Shown here one piece after another: positions 15,472 through 20,000 of a stretch of DNA of 20,000 nt. The stretch lies in the IMG/VR virus record IMGVR_UViG_3300046820_000335, one strand, 5' to 3'. Both the position numbers and the translations under genes were made by a program. The DNA is from an uncultured virus (IMG/VR IMGVR_UViG_3300046820_000335). Lineage: Duplodnaviria > Heunggongvirae > Uroviricota > Caudoviricetes. The notes beneath the pieces are model-generated. The model was given only the letters and a program-made list of their open reading frames with translations. It made no database searches and was not told the DNA's origin. Position 1 is the first letter of the stretch, and each line of letters begins with the position of its first letter.

Positions 15472-17061
15472 ATGGCAAAATCATTAGACGGTAACTTAAT
15501 CAAGAAAGCTCACGCTCCTCAGCGATATAGTCTTGAGGAAGTAAAACATTTAGAAGCGTGTATGGATCCAATAACTGGACCTTTATACTTTGCTAAAAAC
15601 TTTTTAAAAATCCAACACCCTACCAGAGGTTCAATCCCATTTGAACCATACGAATACCAAGAAAAGTTAATACAAGCATATCACGAAAACAAGCAATGTA
15701 TTGCTATGTTACCTCGTCAGATGGGTAAAACAACTTGTGCCTGTGCTTACTTACTTTGGTACACAATGTTTGTACCAGAAGCACAGGTACTGATCGCTGC
15801 TCACAAATATGAAGGTGCGCAGGATATCATGAACCGTTATCGTTTTGGTTACGAAAACTTACCAGACTTTATTCGTGCTGGTGTTTATTCGTACAACAGA
15901 AACACGATCGAATATGATAACGGCGCACGTATTCAAGCTGTAACAACTACCGAAAACACAGGACGTGGTAAATCTCTTTCATTAATTTATTGTGATGAGT
16001 TTGCATTCGTACAGCCTCCAGAGAAAGCTAAAGAGTTTTGGACTGCGTTATCTCCAACTTTGTCAACAGGTGGTAAGTGTATTATTACATCAACACCAAA
16101 CTCAGACGAAGACCAGTTTGCATTGATCTGGACAGAAGCTAACAAAAAGTTTGACGAGTTTGGTAATGAACAAAAGTTAGGAACTAACGGATTTTACAGT
16201 TACTTTGCACATTGGAATGAACATCCGGATCGTGACGAAGCATGGGCAGCAGTTGAGAGAGCAAAGATTGGAGAAGAACGTTTTCGTCGAGAATTTGATT
16301 GCGAGTTCTTAATCTTTGACGAAACCTTGATAAATGCAGTAAAGTTAACTGAGATTAAAGGTATTGAACCTATAATGACAATGGGTCAAACTCGTTGGTA
16401 TAAAGATATTAATCCAAAAGCAACTTATCTAGTGGCATTAGATCCTAGTCTAGGTACTGGAGGAGACTACGGTGCTATTCAGGTATACGAAATGCCTAGC
16501 ATGGATCAGGTGGCAGAATGGAGGCATAACTTGACTCCTATTCAAAGCCAAGTTAAGGTAATGCGTGAAATTCTAAAATATATTCAAGAGCGAGGCCAAG
16601 AAAGGGGAAGCAGCCCTCCGCAAATATATTACAGTGTAGAAAACAATACACTAGGTGAAGCAGCATTGATTGTTATTAACGATCTAGGAGAAGAAAACTT
16701 TCCAGGATTGTTTTTAAGTGAGCCTATCCGAAAAGGACATGTTCGTAAGTTCCGTAAGGGATTTAACACTACACACCGCACTAAAGTAACCGCTTGTAGC
16801 CAGCTTAAAAACCTGCTAGAAACACGAAAAATGTCAGTGAAGTCCAAACCCTTAGTATCGGAGTTAAAAACGTTTGTAGCGCATGGTGTAGGATTTGGTG
16901 CTAAAACAGGCGAACACGACGATTTGGTATCTGCACTGTTACTGATAATCCGCATGGCTGCTGTATTAAGTGATTGGGATCCAACAATATACGATAAAAT
17001 GACTGAGAAACTAACCGAAGAACAGATGCCGATGCCTATCTTTGTCAGCACAGGATTTTGA
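15472..17061 (+). CDS. gp17: Terminase large subunit (gp17-like)
   Basis: Adenine-binding FEPYEYQ, Walker A PRQMGKTT, Walker B LIYCDEFAF, coupling motif ITSTPN, FRREFDCEF, RNase H-like LDPSLGTGGDY, VENN, and HDDLV. Confidence 0.96.
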   Translation: MAKSLDGNLIKKAHAPQRYSLEEVKHLEACMDPITGPLYFAKNFLKIQHPTRGSIPFEPYEYQEKLIQAYHENKQCIAMLPRQMGKTTCACAYLLWYTMFVPEAQVLIAAHKYEGAQDIMNRYRFGYENLPDFIRAGVYSYNRNTIEYDNGARIQAVTTTENTGRGKSLSLIYCDEFAFVQPPEKAKEFWTALSPTLSTGGKCIITSTPNSDEDQFALIWTEANKKFDEFGNEQKLGTNGFYSYFAHWNEHPDRDEAWAAVERAKIGEERFRREFDCEFLIFDETLINAVKLTEIKGIEPIMTMGQTRWYKDINPKATYLVALDPSLGTGGDYGAIQVYEMPSMDQVAEWRHNLTPIQSQVKVMREILKYIQERGQERGSSPPQIYYSVENNTLGEAALIVINDLGEENFPGLFLSEPIRKGHVRKFRKGFNTTHRTKVTACSQLKNLLETRKMSVKSKPLVSELKTFVAHGVGFGAKTGEHDDLVSALLLIIRMAAVLSDWDPTIYDKMTEKLTEEQMPMPIFVSTGF

Positions 17062-17067
17062 TAAATA
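17062..17067 (+). promoter_or_regulatory. T4-like late promoter (gaTAAATA)
   Basis: Terminase stop TGA, then TAAATA caact ATG(17073). Confidence 0.65.
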
Positions 17068-17072
17068 CAACT

Positions 17073-19391
17073 ATGGACGCAAGAAACAATATTGCCACCG
17101 ATCTATTCTACAAGATTCGTAGTAGATTTACTGGCTTAAAACTAGGAACAGATGCTGGAGAAATTACAATCTCTCCAGAGGATGCACGATTCTTTGACTT
17201 TGACTTTATGGAAGGCGATATGCCTATCGGTCATGTTAGTATTAGTCTAGCAGAACCAAACTCTATGAAAGTTTACTTCTCAACAGGTATTACAGAGTCA
17301 ATGAATACTGCTCAAAAAAATAACTGGTACGCATTCTTAAAAGAATTGAGAATATTTGCTAAAAGAAGACTGTTAAACTTTGACACTAGAGATATTGCCA
17401 AAGATAACCTAGATAAAAGAGATTATGCATTTTTAACACAAAATGCACAATCAAAACCAGTTCAACAAAATATCATTCAACAACCAGTCGGAGAAAGTGT
17501 AATGGCAGAAAGTGCAATGTACGGTAGCAAAAACATGAGCTATCAAAAACTTATGGACACCAGATTAATCATCAAACACAGCCAGGCTGTAATGGATGAT
17601 ACTCAGCCAGGAGCAAGAACTAGAAATATTTCTGCACTGTTTGTAGAAAACCAAGACGGTGAAAGATTTAAATATCCGTTCATCCATTTGGCTGGCGCTC
17701 GTGCTATGCAACGACATGTGGCCAACGGCGGACTGCCATATGACGATATTGGAAAAAGCCTTATTCAAATGAGTGAAGAGATTGCCCAACTCAAAAGTTT
17801 TTCCAACTATGTTGTTAGAAATGATTTAATGAATACTGGCAATGACAGTATTGTAGAAAGAAGTCAGCATCAACTAAACAAACTTAGGGAACAAATCAAG
17901 GCATTGAGTAAGCAAAGCCACTATGATAATTATAGAGAAAGTTTTCAACCACAGGAAGCATACGAAGTTCCTGAAGAAGTTGTTGAAGATTACACAGAAA
18001 AGTTTACAGTTAAAAACTTCAAAGAAGATATCAAGAATGTATTTCCTGTAATATACAGATTAATGAAAGAATCCGAGTTAGGCTACGGCGACATAGTCGC
18101 AATGACACAAAAAGAACAAGTTGCAAATGAAGATTTAGAAGTTGAGTCTTATGATGAGTTTGAAAAGTTTGAATCGTGGGTAATGAATCTAGGCGAAGAG
18201 TCTAATATCTTAAGTCAAGATCCAGAAGAACAAAACCTTGCTGTTCAAAATCTTCAATCTCTCGTAGGAGAACATTTTCCTGCAGGAGTTGACGGAACAA
18301 ACGCAATAGAAAGTCTCAAAGGCATTATTGAAGATCCAGATTTGTTTAAACAGATCAAAGAACAGGCAAAGCAAGATCCCGATAGCTGTGTAAGAGGATT
18401 GGTAAAAGATTGGTTAACCAATAACGCACCGGACATTTTAGAACAACTTGACTTTGGAGACTATGTTGAAGAACCAGCACCAGAGGCAGTTCCTCAAGAA
18501 AGTATCGAAGAGGCAAGAGGATTACCGTACGAGTTTGACACAGAATACGAAACAGACAGCGGATCAGTTGTGTTTCACGTTGACGAAGCAAATAATGTTG
18601 TAGTAGACAAAGTAATGTTAGGTAAGGCTGATATTACATCAACACTACCTCCAGACGTTATAGCAGATATTGCAAGCGAGATTGATCCATCAGACGGTGG
18701 TGAAGGTCCGCAAAAAGTTGTTCAAGATCAGTACTTGATATTATCTCTAACAGTTGAATATGATATCTCCGGAAGCTATCAACCAGCAACTTGGGGCTAT
18801 CACGGTGGCTCTCCGGAAGAGCATCCTGAAATAGATGATGCCAACGTATATGTTACTGGTAACGACCAAAAGATCGAAATCAATTCCGACGATTTAGGCA
18901 AAGGTGCAAGTGAATGGATTGACGAACAGATTTGGGCAAATGCTGAATCAAATGCCGACGACGATAGCGGCTATGACGATTATGATCGTTATGAAAGTAC
19001 CGAATCGGGACCTAACAAAAGTGATGTACCGGCAGTACAACGTAAAGCCAAAGGCGACGACTGGAAAGTAAGTACCAAAGATCTAGACGACGAGAAAACT
19101 AAGAGCCCTACAAGTTCTGCAGGTCTTGCTCGTAAGAAAAAAGAACTAGGTATGGAGTCTGAATCTAAAGGTCCAGACGTCCAAGAACTTGCAGAATTTA
19201 TTACTTCATTTTACGATAGAGAGGCAGGTACATTTCCTAAAGGCCCAGAAGGTGTTTGCACAATGGTAGGCAAGAAGTTTGGTGAACAGGCAGAACAGAT
19301 TGCTCGTAAGTTTGTAGAGCGCATGGCTCCACAACAAACAGATCCACAGATTTCAGAACTGGCTCGCATTAAACAACTATCAGGCATGTGA
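17073..19391 (+). CDS. Large acidic modular hypothetical protein (about 772 aa), probably a late/virion protein
   Basis: Long ORF. Start reassigned from TTG 17058 to ATG 17073 (MDARNNIA), 5 nt after TAAATA. Followed by a terminator. Confidence 0.75.
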   Translation: MDARNNIATDLFYKIRSRFTGLKLGTDAGEITISPEDARFFDFDFMEGDMPIGHVSISLAEPNSMKVYFSTGITESMNTAQKNNWYAFLKELRIFAKRRLLNFDTRDIAKDNLDKRDYAFLTQNAQSKPVQQNIIQQPVGESVMAESAMYGSKNMSYQKLMDTRLIIKHSQAVMDDTQPGARTRNISALFVENQDGERFKYPFIHLAGARAMQRHVANGGLPYDDIGKSLIQMSEEIAQLKSFSNYVVRNDLMNTGNDSIVERSQHQLNKLREQIKALSKQSHYDNYRESFQPQEAYEVPEEVVEDYTEKFTVKNFKEDIKNVFPVIYRLMKESELGYGDIVAMTQKEQVANEDLEVESYDEFEKFESWVMNLGEESNILSQDPEEQNLAVQNLQSLVGEHFPAGVDGTNAIESLKGIIEDPDLFKQIKEQAKQDPDSCVRGLVKDWLTNNAPDILEQLDFGDYVEEPAPEAVPQESIEEARGLPYEFDTEYETDSGSVVFHVDEANNVVVDKVMLGKADITSTLPPDVIADIASEIDPSDGGEGPQKVVQDQYLILSLTVEYDISGSYQPATWGYHGGSPEEHPEIDDANVYVTGNDQKIEINSDDLGKGASEWIDEQIWANAESNADDDSGYDDYDRYESTESGPNKSDVPAVQRKAKGDDWKVSTKDLDDEKTKSPTSSAGLARKKKELGMESESKGPDVQELAEFITSFYDREAGTFPKGPEGVCTMVGKKFGEQAEQIARKFVERMAPQQTDPQISELARIKQLSGM

Positions 19392-19404
19392 TATTTGTAC
19401 TCAT

Positions 19405-19432
19405 AAAAGGCTCTTCGGAGCCTTTTTCTTTT
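19405..19432 (+). terminator. Rho-independent terminator with cUUCGg tetraloop (possibly bidirectional)
   Basis: AAAAGGCTC-TTCG-GAGCCTTTT followed by TCTTTT. Confidence 0.92.
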
Positions 19433-19466
19433 GGTGAAAAATCTTCATATTTAGATAGTGAAATCT

Positions 19467-19495
19467 TTGACTCTGATAAATAAAAAGCGCATAAT
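19467..19495 (+). promoter_or_regulatory. Sigma70-type promoter with an embedded late-promoter box, upstream of SSB
   Basis: TTGACT (19467-19472), 17 nt, then CATAAT (19490-19495). gaTAAATA lies at 19475-19482 inside the spacer. Confidence 0.65.
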
Positions 19496-19554
19496 AAAAC
19501 ATGTGCATTAAGGCATAATACCATTTACATTTAAGGCTATAGGAGGCATAACAA

Positions 19555-20000
19555 ATGGCAACTCTCGCAGAAATTCGTGCAAAACTTCAAGAAGCACAAT
19601 CAAAGTCCACAGGTCAATCGACTGGCGGTGGCGACAACGCAATCTACCCACACTGGAACATGGCAGAAGGCAAAGAAGCCGTAGTACGTTTCTTGCCAGA
19701 CGGCAATCCAAACAATACATTCTTCTGGGTTGAACGTGCAATGATCAAACTAGAATTCGCTGGTATCAAAGGCGAGACAGATAGTCGCAAAGTACAGGTG
19801 CAAGTTCCTTGCGTCGAAATGTATAACGACGGATCTGTTTGCCCAATCTTGAGTGAAGTTCGTGGTTGGTTCAAGGACAAATCACTAGAAGAAATGGGTC
19901 GTAAGTACTGGAAGAAGCGCAGTTATATCTTCCAAGGTTTCGTTGTAGAAGATCCTATCGGTGAAGAAAAGAAACCAGAAAATCCAATCCGTAGATTCAT
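19555..20000 (+). CDS. gp32: Single-stranded DNA-binding protein (T4 gp32-like), 3'-truncated; absent from the supplied ORF track
   Basis: SD AGGAGG at 19541-19546. Translation MATLAEIRAKLQEAQ...HWNMAEGKEAVVRFLPDGN...FFWVER...VPCVEMYNDGSVCPIL...GRKYWKKRSYIFQGFVVEDP, with the gp32 hallmarks VRFLP, C..CP and K+SY. Confidence 0.88.
   Translation, partial: MATLAEIRAKLQEAQSKSTGQSTGGGDNAIYPHWNMAEGKEAVVRFLPDGNPNNTFFWVERAMIKLEFAGIKGETDSRKVQVQVPCVEMYNDGSVCPILSEVRGWFKDKSLEEMGRKYWKKRSYIFQGFVVEDPIGEEKKPENPIRRF

Noticed and set aside
15472..17061. Intein or group I intron in the terminase
   Set aside because: The ORF is continuous at 529 aa with normally spaced ATPase and nuclease motifs, and no splice-junction signatures.
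76..19880. Short minus-strand ORFs nested in long genes (76-276, 640-861, 7239-7439, 9004-9207, 9685-10005, 11508-11711, 12092-12322, 14567-14761, 16629-17051, 17565-17789, 18254-18436, 18355-18591, 19508-19741, 19644-19880)
   Set aside because: They are antisense shadows of well-supported plus-strand genes (the last two lie opposite the SSB), with no recognisable motifs or expression signals.
1..20000. Possible TAG stop-codon reassignment (no accepted gene ends in TAG)
   Set aside because: All genes are full-length under the standard code with no in-frame TAG interruptions. TAA/TGA preference is expected in an AT-rich phage.
1..20000. tRNA, CRISPR array, DGR template/variable repeat or structured ncRNA
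   Set aside because: Intergenic gaps are too short (up to about 160 nt) and are explained by promoters and terminators. No cloverleaf, repeat-spacer pattern or long near-identical repeat pair was seen by eye.

Overview
This 20 kb window comes from a large, AT-rich, T4-like (Tevenvirinae/Straboviridae-like) myophage genome. It is a late/morphogenesis region. In order it holds: the 3' part of a tail-fibre-like virion protein; a minus-strand block (gp14-like neck protein, gp15-like tail completion protein, a degenerate Nudix-like ORF and a small ORF); a divergent gp13-like neck gene; dNMP kinase; an HNH/Zn-finger ORF; an unusually long tail sheath; tail tube; a gp54/tube-like protein; gp4-like head-completion nuclease; a probable small terminase; three probable head/virion proteins; large terminase; a large acidic modular protein; and the 5' part of a gp32-like SSB that the ORF track missed. 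The most striking unannotated signal is regulatory. A T4-late-promoter-like TAA(A/G)TA box sits only 4-7 nt before the ATG of nine genes with no room for a Shine-Dalgarno, which predicts widespread leaderless late mRNAs. One instance is a perfect 12-bp palindrome (TATTTATAAATA) acting as a single bidirectional promoter for the divergent neck genes. All protein calls come from motif recognition only; no database search was run.
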